From: an uncultured Rhodocyclaceae bacterium | Lineage (GTDB): Bacteria; Pseudomonadota; Gammaproteobacteria; Burkholderiales; Rhodocyclaceae | Assembly: GCA_965364825.1 (NCBI GenBank) | Contig: CBDTZF010000001.1 | Coordinates: forward strand, 1 to 32,189 | Direction: 5' to 3' | Length of the DNA: 32,189 bases | Shown here: piece after piece, positions 8,325 to 16,228 of the stretch | Numbering within the stretch: the stretch's first letter is position 1 | How the letters are laid out: each line of letters begins with the position of its first letter | Notes under the pieces: generated by a model | The model's database searches: none | What the model was told of the DNA's origin: nothing | The model's input: the letters and a program-made list of their open reading frames with translations, nothing else | Made by a program: the position numbers and the translations under genes

Positions 8325-9761
8325 ATGACCCAGCCAGAACCGCAGCCCCAACCTGTCAACTTTGTGCCGAAAGGATCGTCGGACAATTCGTTGTACGCCG
8401 CAAAGAAGAAAATCTACGCGCGCTCGACGACCGGCGTGTTTGCCAGTTGGCGCTGGATTATGGTCTGGGTCACGCAACTGCTGTTCTACGGCTTGCCGTG
8501 GTTGACGTGGAATGACCGGCAAGCGGTGTTGTTCCACCTGGTTGAGCGCAAGTTCTATATTTTCGGTTGGGTCTTTTGGCCGCAGGACGTGTTCTACCTG
8601 GCCATCCTGTTGATCATTTCTGCGTTGGGGCTGTTTTTCTTCACCGCCATCGCGGGGCGCTTGTGGTGCGGTTACACCTGTCCGCAAACTGTGTACACCG
8701 AAATATTCATGTGGGTCGAGGAGAAGATCGAGGGCGACCGCAACAAGCGAATGAAGCTCGACGCGGCGCCGATGAGCGCGCACAAAATTCGCCTCAAAGC
8801 CGCCAAGTACGGGATCTGGACGCTGATTGCGTTGTGGACCGGCTTCACCTTCGTTGGCTATTTCACGCCCATGAGCGAGCTTGTTGCTTCGGTCGAAAAT
8901 TTGAGCTTTGGCCCGTGGGAAATCTTCTGGATCCTGTTTTACAGCGGCTTTACCTACATGTTTGCCGGCGTCTTGCGCGAGCAGGTCTGTCTCTACATGT
9001 GCCCGTATGCGCGTTTTCAGGCGGTCATGTTCGATCCCGATACGCTGGTGGTCACCTATGACGAAGGCCGCGGAGAGCCGCGGGGTTCGCGCAAGAAGGG
9101 CGTCGCCCCGGCGTCGGTCGGCAAGGGTGATTGCATCGATTGCCACATCTGCGTCCAGGTGTGCCCGACCGGCATCGATATTCGTCAGGGCTTGCAGTAC
9201 GAATGTATCGGCTGCGCGGCCTGCATCGATGCCTGTGATCAGGTCATGGACAAGATGGACTATCCGCGCGGGCTGATTCGCTACTCGACCGAAAACGCGA
9301 TCGAGCGCGGCTGGGGCCGCAAGGAAATTCTTGCTCGCGTGACGCGTCCGCGTACGCTGATCTACGGCGCCATACTGGGGGCGATCTGCATCGCCTTTGT
9401 ATGGGGATTAGTGGTGCGAGAGCCGTTGCGGGTGGACATCATTCGCGATCGCGCGTCCCTCGGCCGGGAGGTGGCGGGCGGTTTTGTGGAGAACGTCTAC
9501 CGCTTGCAGGTGATGAACATGACGGAGGTGCCGCGCCAGTTCGAAGTGACGGTGTCCGGCATGGAAAACGTTCGTTTGAGCGAGTTTAAAGGGCCAATCA
9601 AGGCACTCCCGGCGGCCACGCAGGCGGTCACATTGCATGTACAGGTGCCGGTCGATGCGGGCGAGCCGGGATCGAGCAATACGATCTACCTCGATGTGAA
9701 AGCGACCGATGATGAAAATGTGGCGGTGCACGAAAAAACCACCTTTCTGATGCCCCGATGA
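8325..9761 (+). CDS. ccoG: Cytochrome c oxidase accessory protein CcoG/FixG (4Fe-4S membrane protein)
   Basis: GRLWCGYTCPQTV, REQVCLYMCPYARFQ, CIDCHICVQVCPTGIDIR and ECIGCAACIDAC. Confidence 0.97.
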   Translation: MTQPEPQPQPVNFVPKGSSDNSLYAAKKKIYARSTTGVFASWRWIMVWVTQLLFYGLPWLTWNDRQAVLFHLVERKFYIFGWVFWPQDVFYLAILLIISALGLFFFTAIAGRLWCGYTCPQTVYTEIFMWVEEKIEGDRNKRMKLDAAPMSAHKIRLKAAKYGIWTLIALWTGFTFVGYFTPMSELVASVENLSFGPWEIFWILFYSGFTYMFAGVLREQVCLYMCPYARFQAVMFDPDTLVVTYDEGRGEPRGSRKKGVAPASVGKGDCIDCHICVQVCPTGIDIRQGLQYECIGCAACIDACDQVMDKMDYPRGLIRYSTENAIERGWGRKEILARVTRPRTLIYGAILGAICIAFVWGLVVREPLRVDIIRDRASLGREVAGGFVENVYRLQVMNMTEVPRQFEVTVSGMENVRLSEFKGPIKALPAATQAVTLHVQVPVDAGEPGSSNTIYLDVKATDDENVAVHEKTTFLMPR

Positions 9762-10294
9762 GTGAAACGACGCTACCGGGCCGCAAACCCAAATCCGTGA
9801 CCCCCTGGTACCGTCAGGCGTGGCCGTGGTTCCTTATCAGCCTGCCGGCAACCGCCGTGGTCGCCGGACTTGCAACGGCCTGGATCGCCGTCGCGTCGGA
9901 CGACGGCTTGGTTGTCGACGACTACTACAAACAGGGTATGGCGATCCAGATGACGATCGATCGGGCACGTGAGGCCGCCCGGCAGGGCTTGAGCGCCGAT
10001 CTGGTGTTCACCGCCGAGTTCGTTGAAGTGCGCCTTAAGAGCGCTCAGAACGCACCGCTCCCCAACGCGCTTTTTCTGACCGTATCGCACCCCACGCGGG
10101 GCGGCCTGGACCAGGCGGTATCGTTGGTTGGCAGGGACGGAAACTATAACGCAGGGCTTGCGGCGCTCCAGCCGGGGCACTGGAATATTCTGCTAGAAGA
10201 CGAATCCCGCCAATGGCGATTGAACGGGGCCATGTATCTCCCAACAGAGAATCAAGTGAGGCTTGAGCATTCAGCTCTCGCTTCTTTTGACTGA
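9758..10294 (+). CDS. ccoH: FixH/CcoH family protein
   Basis: PWYRQAWPW, TM, DGLVVDDYYKQG and HPT motif; ATGA overlap with ccoG. Confidence 0.92.
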   Translation: MSETTLPGRKPKSVTPWYRQAWPWFLISLPATAVVAGLATAWIAVASDDGLVVDDYYKQGMAIQMTIDRAREAARQGLSADLVFTAEFVEVRLKSAQNAPLPNALFLTVSHPTRGGLDQAVSLVGRDGNYNAGLAALQPGHWNILLEDESRQWRLNGAMYLPTENQVRLEHSALASFD

Positions 10295-10309
10295 TATGGA
10301 GATGCAACA

Positions 10310-10456
10310 ATGGCATTGCAGCACCTATTTACCACCGATATCGGCTTGCTCAGCCTGTTCACAATCGGATTCATCATCGCGATGGCCGCCTACATTTTTC
10401 GGTTCATCAAGCGGAATATGGAAGAACATGAGCGCGGGGCAGGCGGCGAGACATGA
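10310..10456 (+). CDS. Small single-TM protein, DUF3149-like (48 aa)
   Basis: Below the ORF-track cutoff. GGAG RBS, then MALQHLFTTDIGLLSLFTIGFIIAMAAYIFRFIKRNMEEHERGAGGET*. The LFxTDxGLxSL motif is recalled for DUF3149. Confidence 0.82.
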   Translation: MALQHLFTTDIGLLSLFTIGFIIAMAAYIFRFIKRNMEEHERGAGGET

Positions 10457-10540
10457 CTGAACGCCGGGTCAGGACGACGGCGGACGTGATCGTTGGACGT
10501 TGCTGACAAGCGCAAAGCGGTTTTGGAGACCGGAAAAGTG

Positions 10541-10771
10541 ATGAAACTGATTCAAGTGTTGTGGCCGTCGTTTGCCGTTGCCGGCGTCGCGGAAATGTTG
10601 TTCTTTACCGTCGTCAATCCGCAGCAACTATTCTTGTTTGGCGAACCGGTGAATTTTTCCGATCTGACGACCTACTCGATCGGTTTCTTCGGATTCTGGC
10701 TCGTGTGCGCGGCCTCCAGCCTGGCGACGGTATTCCTTCAGCAATCGAGGGAAGAGATCAATCGTCGCTGA
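10541..10771 (+). CDS. Conserved small two-TM hypothetical protein
   Basis: MKLIQVLWPSFAVAGVAEMLFFTVVNP...YSIGFFGFW. An LWPSF-type small protein is recalled downstream of ccoGH in betaproteobacteria. The start could be GTG 10538. Confidence 0.82.
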   Translation: MKLIQVLWPSFAVAGVAEMLFFTVVNPQQLFLFGEPVNFSDLTTYSIGFFGFWLVCAASSLATVFLQQSREEINRR

Positions 10772-10777
10772 ATCCCG

Positions 10778-10803
10778 GTGGCGCCACGTTCCCGTGGCGC
10801 CAC
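10778..10803. terminator. Hairpin between convergent genes
   Basis: GTGGCGCCACG-TTCC-CGTGGCGCCAC; no U tract. Confidence 0.45.
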
Positions 10804-10856
10804 GCATCACCGGTCAGATTTCACCGCCGCAGTCGCCCGCGTGCACCGCTAAAAAA

Positions 10857-11309
10857 CTATTTCTGTTCCCGATATACCAGCACCGGAACGTGCGTGTGTG
10901 TCAGCACGCGCTGCGTTTCGCTACCGAGCAGCAGGCTGGCAAGGCCGCGGCGGCCGTGTGAGGCCATGAAAATCAGATCGCAGCCGTGACGCTCCGCAGC
11001 GTCGATGATCGCCTCGTAAGGCACTTCATTGACGGCCGAATCGGTGTCGCAGGTCACGCCGGCCGCTTCAGCCTTCGAACGTGCGCTGGTCAATATGCGC
11101 TCAGCTTCTTCGGCCGCGCCCTTGGCGAACTGTTCGGGCGTTGTCGGATCGATCAACGCGCCTTCGCCGTAGATCGGCATCGGGAAATCCGGCTGCGCAT
11201 AAAAGAAGGTAATGTTTGCGCGCGCGTCGGCGGCAAACGAAATCGCGCGGTTCACGGTTGCCTGTGACAGGTCGGAACCATCGGTCGGGACCAATAGATG
11301 CTTGAACAT
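10857..11309 (-). CDS. Universal stress protein (UspA family)
   Basis: MFKHLLVPTDGS...CDLIFMASHGRRGLASLLLGSETQRVLTHTHVPVLV. The real start is ATG 11309 with an AGGAG RBS; the upstream extension in the ORF track is spurious. Confidence 0.95.
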   Translation of the reverse strand: MFKHLLVPTDGSDLSQATVNRAISFAADARANITFFYAQPDFPMPIYGEGALIDPTTPEQFAKGAAEEAERILTSARSKAEAAGVTCDTDSAVNEVPYEAIIDAAERHGCDLIFMASHGRRGLASLLLGSETQRVLTHTHVPVLVYREQK

Positions 11310-11517
11310 GGCGCAACTCCTTGAGTGATTGTCGATTTGATTATAGTCATTCGACGGCCAACTTGACGGTTGTCGGTTGTTGGCCCTGCCGAAGTGCAGG
11401 CGCACCGCCCGCCGCAAGACCAGACGCATTCGAAAATGGGCGGCAGCGGAGTCGATGAAACCCGCACTTTGGCATGATCGGGGAAATTTCGAATGCACGT
11501 GTGTGTGGATCGACCCT

Positions 11518-11531
11518 TTGATTCGTATCAA
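11518..11531. promoter_or_regulatory. Perfect FNR/DNR box
   Basis: TTGAT-TCGT-ATCAA in the divergent usp/hemerythrin intergenic region. Confidence 0.85.
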
Positions 11532-11597
11532 TGCGCCGTGGGCGACACGCGCCAAAAATCGATAGCACATCCCATCCTCACTACGGAGCCTTCGCCG

Positions 11598-12284
11598 ATG
11601 ACGGCCTTGTCCGAAACAATGCAGCACGATCACGCCCGGTGCGATGCTCTTTTCGTCAATGCGGAGGCGGCTGCAGAGGGTGGCGACTGGGTCGCCTGCG
11701 AACGCGGTGTGGCGAAATTCCGGCAGGCCCTGCTGGCACATTTCGCGATTGAAGAGGACGTGATTTTTCCGTCTTTCGAGGCGCACACCGGCATGACCGA
11801 AGGTCCGACTCGCGTGATGCGTGGCGAGCATGCGCAGATGCGCGCACTGGCCGACGTTTTGATGCAGGCGGCAGAGGGCAAAGACGCCGAGGCCTTTGCC
11901 GATGCGGCGGAAACCCTGTTGATCCTCATGCAGCAGCACAACATGAAGGAGGAGAACATTCTCTATCCGATGTGCGACCAGGCATTGCGCGATGACGCCC
12001 AGGTATGTGCGTCGGTCGCGGAATTCGGGGGGGGGCTGGCCATGTCTGATCGGGGCCCACCCACCGTTGTCGTCGACGCCTGCGCGATGATGCCGCCTGA
12101 GCCGATGGAGCGCACGCTCGAAGGGCTCGATCAACTTGGGCCGGGCGATACATTACTGCTGATCATTCCGCGCCAGCCCGCTCCGCTGTTCGATGTGCTA
12201 CTCAATAATGGTTACTCGTATAGCGTCGCGACGCGCGATGACGGGATTCATGAAATCACCATCTGGCAGGATTCCTCGGCGTGA
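11598..12284 (+). CDS. Hemerythrin-like (HHE) protein, as sequenced fused in frame to a C-terminal DUF2249/TusA-like domain
   Basis: ATG 11598 follows GGAG. Motifs HDH, HFAIEE, GEH and HNMKEENILYP. No stop precedes the second domain, and the junction is a G9 run. Confidence 0.88.
   Translation: MTALSETMQHDHARCDALFVNAEAAAEGGDWVACERGVAKFRQALLAHFAIEEDVIFPSFEAHTGMTEGPTRVMRGEHAQMRALADVLMQAAEGKDAEAFADAAETLLILMQQHNMKEENILYPMCDQALRDDAQVCASVAEFGGGLAMSDRGPPTVVVDACAMMPPEPMERTLEGLDQLGPGDTLLLIIPRQPAPLFDVLLNNGYSYSVATRDDGIHEITIWQDSSA
12027..12035 (+). repeat. G9 homopolymer at the hemerythrin/DUF2249 junction
   Basis: GAATTC-GGGGGGGGG-CTGGCC-ATGTCTGA. Confidence 0.9.
12042..12284 (+). CDS. DUF2249/TusA-fold small protein (80 aa if translated separately)
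   Basis: MSDRG..VVDACAMMPPEPMERTLEGLDQLGPGDTLLLIIPRQPAPLFDVL...GY. The PPEP and PxPL motifs are recalled for DUF2249. An in-frame ATG is preceded by a G-rich RBS-like run. Confidence 0.75.
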   Translation: MSDRGPPTVVVDACAMMPPEPMERTLEGLDQLGPGDTLLLIIPRQPAPLFDVLLNNGYSYSVATRDDGIHEITIWQDSSA

Positions 12285-12353
12285 GGCGATGGGCGGCCAA
12301 GCGCAGTCTTGCGCCGCCAGACACTTGAACAACACGATCGGAGCGGCCCTCGA

Positions 12354-13598
12354 ATGCACGCGCTGACTTTCGACCAGGCGCCACCGCCTTCCGTGCCGTT
12401 GCGCTTTTTTCTCACCGCGCCGTTCTTTTTGCTGCTTGCCGGTATTGTGCTGAGCTTCGATGCCGGCAGTGTACTGGCGTCGCGCTGGACACCCGGCGCA
12501 CTCGCAGTCACTCACCTGCTCACTGTCGGATTCATGCTTCAGGCCATGCTGGGGGCGCTTTTTCAGTTGGTGCCGGTCGCCGCCGGAGGGAATTTGTGGA
12601 ACGCGCACCGCATTGCAGCGCCGGTTCACGTGTTGACCGTCGTCGGCGCGATTGCACTTGTCGCCGGCTTCCATCATCAAATTGCGCTGGCCTATGCCGC
12701 CGCGGTGATTTGCTTCGGGTTGGCGTTTGCAGTGTTCGTTCCGGTGGCGCTTGCAGCCTTGCTGCGCACCTCCGCGCGTGGCGCCAGCGTGATGGCATTT
12801 CGCATTGCCATCGCCGGTTTACTCGCGACCGTGCTTGCCGGCGCGGCGATGGCGCTGGCGCGTGCCGGGTTTGTCGACGCGCGCTGGCTGCAGCTTTCAA
12901 CCATCCATGTTGCGCTCGGGCTGGGCATGTGGGGTGGCGTGCTAGTGGCCGGAACTGCGTATCTCGTCGTGCCGATGTTTCAGCTCACACCCGCCTACCC
13001 GGCGTGGTTTTCACGCGCGTACGCGTGGGCGGTCGTCGCGGCAGTCGGTGTGGGAGCGCTGGTGCCGCATCCCGGCGGCTGGCTTCCGCTCATTATGCTG
13101 ATGGCCAGCTTCGCGGCGCTGACGCTCGACCGCCAACATCGTCGGCGGCGGGCCAAATCCGATCAGACGCTGGCGTTGTGGCGTTTCGCGATGGGGTCGG
13201 TGATTGCGGGCTGCGTCACCGCCGCGCTGGCGCTGTTCAACATCGGCGGGCCGGCGATGGCGATGGCGAGCGGTGTGCTGTGGCTATTGGGCGGGTTCGT
13301 CTCGGCGATCGTCGGCATGCTCTACAAGATCGTCCCGTTCATATTGTGGTTGTACCTGCAACCGCGAGTGGACGGTGTGCCGCCGATGACGCGAATGCTC
13401 TCGGCGCGCGCCATCCGCTGGCATTGGCGTACGCATGTGTTCGCCGTGCTTGCTGCAGTGATCGGAACGGTGTGGGCGCCGGCCGGCCATATGGCCGGGG
13501 TGGCCCTGATTGCGGCGATGGTGCTGCTCGGCGGTCAGTTGATCAATGTCGTCCGGCACGCCCGCAAGGCGCTCCGGATCGTCAATCAACCCTCGTAG
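12354..13598 (+). CDS. Uncharacterised polytopic membrane protein (about 11-12 TM), distant heme-copper oxidase subunit I/NnrS-like fold
   Basis: ATG 12354 follows GGAG. The protein is 414 aa and very hydrophobic, with three repeats ending G-x2-[FY]-x2-VP. The CDS is solid; the fold is inferred. Confidence 0.8.
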   Translation: MHALTFDQAPPPSVPLRFFLTAPFFLLLAGIVLSFDAGSVLASRWTPGALAVTHLLTVGFMLQAMLGALFQLVPVAAGGNLWNAHRIAAPVHVLTVVGAIALVAGFHHQIALAYAAAVICFGLAFAVFVPVALAALLRTSARGASVMAFRIAIAGLLATVLAGAAMALARAGFVDARWLQLSTIHVALGLGMWGGVLVAGTAYLVVPMFQLTPAYPAWFSRAYAWAVVAAVGVGALVPHPGGWLPLIMLMASFAALTLDRQHRRRRAKSDQTLALWRFAMGSVIAGCVTAALALFNIGGPAMAMASGVLWLLGGFVSAIVGMLYKIVPFILWLYLQPRVDGVPPMTRMLSARAIRWHWRTHVFAVLAAVIGTVWAPAGHMAGVALIAAMVLLGGQLINVVRHARKALRIVNQPS

Positions 13599-14275
13599 TT
13601 GCGCAGCTTATGCACATCGTGAAGCGTGATGATTTTCCCCTGCACGGAGATCAAACCGGCATTGCTCAGTTCATGGAAGATGCGCGACAGCGTTTCCGGC
13701 GTCAGGTTGAGGCGCGAGGCGATCACCTGTTTGCTGGTCGGCAGCTCGATCGCCGCGGGGTTCTCGTTGCCAGCGTCATCGGCATTTTGCAGCAGATAAC
13801 CGACAACGCGCTGGACACTCGAACGCAGCGAGTACGACTCGACGTCGCGTATCAAGCCGTGCAGCCGCATGGACAGGCCGGCGAGCATGCGGCAGGCAAA
13901 GCCGGAATCCTGTTCGATCTGCTCGAAAACCGCGTCACGCGCAATGTGCAGCAGCAGGGTATCTGTCAAAGCCTGGGAAAATACCGGCACCTCGCGATCC
14001 ATGAACATCACGGCTTCGCCGAAACTCTGGTGCGGGCCAACGATCTCCACGACCTTTTCATTGCCTTGCGAAGACGAAAAGGCGAGTTTTATCTGCCCAA
14101 AGATCACGTAATAAAAGCCCGCTGGACGATCGCCACGCTGAAACAGCATTTCGCCTTTTTGCAGCCGCTTCTCCCGCGTCGAATCGGCGATGTGCCGTAG
14201 GTCGTGCGCGGACATTGCGCTGAACAGCGGCATGCGGCCGAGAAGACCGGGGATATCGATTTTGTCGTGGCTCAT
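13586..14275 (-). CDS. Crp/Fnr-family regulator, DNR-type
   Basis: Beta-barrel sensor domain (SFGEAVMF), no N-terminal Cys cluster, and LPTSKQVIASRLNLTPETLSRIF HTH with ExxSR. Start could be 14314. Confidence 0.88.
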   Translation of the reverse strand: MSHDKIDIPGLLGRMPLFSAMSAHDLRHIADSTREKRLQKGEMLFQRGDRPAGFYYVIFGQIKLAFSSSQGNEKVVEIVGPHQSFGEAVMFMDREVPVFSQALTDTLLLHIARDAVFEQIEQDSGFACRMLAGLSMRLHGLIRDVESYSLRSSVQRVVGYLLQNADDAGNENPAAIELPTSKQVIASRLNLTPETLSRIFHELSNAGLISVQGKIITLHDVHKLRNYEG

Positions 14276-14396
14276 GAGCGGAAGCGTTTCAGCGCGAGGC
14301 GTTGAATGTATCACGGCCGACGGCCGGCGGATCGGGCCGTCGCTGCGCAGGCTCTATCGACCTGTTTTGGTGTAAGGTCCAGGTTAGAACATCATC

Positions 14397-14777
14397 ATGT
14401 ATGTGGCGATAAAATCCCTTCATCTGACCTGTATCGTTTTGAGCGGCTTCGGCTTCGTGGTGCGTGCTTTCTGGATGCTGAAGGGTTCGCCGAAATTACA
14501 CGCGCGCCTGACGCGCATCGTGCCGCATGTCGTCGATACCCTGCTGCTGGCCAGTGCTATCGCGCTATCCGTGATGGCAGGGCAGTATCCGTTTGTTGAC
14601 GACTGGGTTACCGCCAAGGTGCTCGGTTTGATTGTCTATATCGTGCTTGGCACGATCGCGCTCAAGCGCGGTCGAAGTTTGCAGATACGCCTCATCGCGC
14701 TGATTGGCGCGTTGACAACGTTTGCGTGGATCGTGTCGGTCGCGCTGAGTAAATCGCCCGCCGGTTTTCTGACATGA
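14397..14777 (+). CDS. SirB2/YchQ family membrane protein
   Basis: KSLHLTC..LS...R, PHVVDTLLL, WVTAKV...YIVLG..ALK. Confidence 0.88.
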   Translation: MYVAIKSLHLTCIVLSGFGFVVRAFWMLKGSPKLHARLTRIVPHVVDTLLLASAIALSVMAGQYPFVDDWVTAKVLGLIVYIVLGTIALKRGRSLQIRLIALIGALTTFAWIVSVALSKSPAGFLT

Positions 14778-14796
14778 ACGATGTGGAGCTTTTTTG

Positions 14797-15330
14797 ATGA
14801 AAGAATCGCTGATCTCCGTCGCCCCGGGTCTGGACGAGCCGCTGGAAATTCTTTCCGCCTGCCACGGGCGCATTCGCGCGCGGCTCGAGACGCTGGATCG
14901 TCTGCTGCGCTGGCTGCCTGAACACGGCGCCGACACGGACGCACGTCAGGCAGCGGCCGGCGTCGTCCGTTACTTCGACACCGCAGGCGTGAATCACCAT
15001 CAGGATGAAGAGGTCGACCTGTTTCCGCGGCTCATCGCGCGTGGACCGGTGGAGAGTCGTCAACGCGTGTCGGCGCTTATCGAATGGAGCAAGAACGAGC
15101 ATGTGGCGATGAACGCCGCGTGGGATAGGCTGCGCACTCAGCTGCAGCAGATCGCACAGGGCGACAGCGCCGAACTGAGTAACGATGAAGTCGCCAATTT
15201 CGGCGCGCGTTATCTGTGCCACATGGACAGGGAAGACAACGAGCTGTTTCCCTATGCCGCCCAGTTGCTCACCCAAGCGGACCTGGATGAGATGTGTGAG
15301 GCCATGAAGGCGCGCCGTAGCCGCCCCTGA
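14797..15330 (+). CDS. Hemerythrin-like (HHE) protein
   Basis: PLEILSACHGRI, RYFD...HHQDEEVDLFP, EH and HMDREDNELFP. Confidence 0.9.
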   Translation: MKESLISVAPGLDEPLEILSACHGRIRARLETLDRLLRWLPEHGADTDARQAAAGVVRYFDTAGVNHHQDEEVDLFPRLIARGPVESRQRVSALIEWSKNEHVAMNAAWDRLRTQLQQIAQGDSAELSNDEVANFGARYLCHMDREDNELFPYAAQLLTQADLDEMCEAMKARRSRP

Positions 15331-15347
15331 CCGGTGCCGGTCAGGGG
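15324..15347. terminator. Hairpin between the convergent hemerythrin gene and fnr
   Basis: CCCCTGACCG-GTGC-CGGTCAGGGG. Confidence 0.5.
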
Positions 15348-15360
15348 AAGGTTGAATCGG

Positions 15361-16113
15361 TCAGATGCACGCCTCGTTGTTGCCGAGTGTTTTAAGGCCT
15401 TCAATGTCGCGGATGCGGATGTGTTTTTGCTGCACCGTGATCAGGCCGTTTTCCTGAAAGCGTGAAAAAGCGCGCGACACCGTTTCGAGCTTGAGACCAA
15501 GGTAGGAGCCGATCTCCTCGCGCGTCATGCGCAGGTGAAATTCGGCTGACGAAAAGCCGCGCTGGGTCAGGCGCCTGGACAGGTTGATGAGAAATGCGGC
15601 GAGGCGTTCCTCGGCACGCATCGAGCCAAGCAGCATCATGACGCCGTGATCGCGCACGATTTCGCCGCTCATCATCTTGTGAAACTGGCGCTGCAAGGAC
15701 TCGATTTCGCGGGAGAGTTCTTCCAGCTTGGCAAAGGGGATGACGCAGACTTCACTGTCTTCGAGCGCCACCGCGTTGCATGAATGGCGGTCCGTGCTGA
15801 TACCGTCGAGGCCGAGGATTTCTCCCGACATCTGGAAGCCGGTCACTTGCGTGCGGCCGTCCTCGAATACCACGTCGGTCTTGAATGAACCGGTGCGCAC
15901 GGCATAAATCGACTCAAAGGCGTCGCCGTCGCGATACAGGTTCTGGTTGCGCTTGAGGCGTCTGCGCCCCGTCACCATTTCGTCGAGCCGGTCGATCTCC
16001 TCATTCACCAACCCGAACGGCAGACACAACTCCTGCAAATTGCACTGGGCGCAAGCGCTCTTTAAAGCGACAACAGACACCGGTAGGGTGGCCTTGGGTT
16101 GCATGTCTGACAT
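15361..16113 (-). CDS. fnr: O2-sensing regulator FNR
   Basis: CAQCNLQELC (Cx2Cx5C), central Cys (HSCNAVALEDSEVC) and MTREEIGSYLGLKLETVSR HTH. ATG 16113 has a GAGGAG RBS. Divergent from hemN. Confidence 0.96.
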   Translation of the reverse strand: MSDMQPKATLPVSVVALKSACAQCNLQELCLPFGLVNEEIDRLDEMVTGRRRLKRNQNLYRDGDAFESIYAVRTGSFKTDVVFEDGRTQVTGFQMSGEILGLDGISTDRHSCNAVALEDSEVCVIPFAKLEELSREIESLQRQFHKMMSGEIVRDHGVMMLLGSMRAEERLAAFLINLSRRLTQRGFSSAEFHLRMTREEIGSYLGLKLETVSRAFSRFQENGLITVQQKHIRIRDIEGLKTLGNNEACI

Positions 16114-16160
16114 TCTCCTCATTGACCATGTGTCACGTTTCAAGCATGTCAGTGCACCCG

Positions 16161-16174
16161 TTGATCCACGTCAA
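16161..16174. promoter_or_regulatory. FNR box between fnr and hemN
   Basis: TTGAT-CCAC-GTCAA. Confidence 0.8.
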
Positions 16175-16228
16175 ACCGTCCAACCCGGCTTTTTGCGATC
16201 TTAGAAACCCGACTGCTTAAGTACGACC

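Noticed and set aside
1778..10294. ccoIS placed upstream of ccoNOQP-GH as a novel rearrangement
   Set aside because: This order is, to my knowledge, common in betaproteobacteria.
11310..12134. 425-aa minus-strand ORF suggesting a long N-terminal Usp fusion
   Set aside because: The extension is antisense to the hemerythrin and crosses the promoter region. A clear RBS and ATG at 11309 define a normal 150-aa Usp.
12596..14200. Long alternative-frame and antisense ORFs (e.g. 12596-14200, 23498-25120, 16403-17665, 4778-5944)
   Set aside because: These are shadow ORFs typical of high-GC DNA. They overlap well-supported genes, are Arg/Ala-rich and show no recognisable motifs.
14302..14314. TTGAA-TGT-ATCAC as an FNR box upstream of the DNR-type gene
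   Set aside because: The spacer is 3 bp rather than 4, and both half-sites have mismatches.
16122..16136. TTGAC-CATGT-GTCAC as a second FNR box near fnr
   Set aside because: The spacer is 5 bp, so it cannot be supported.
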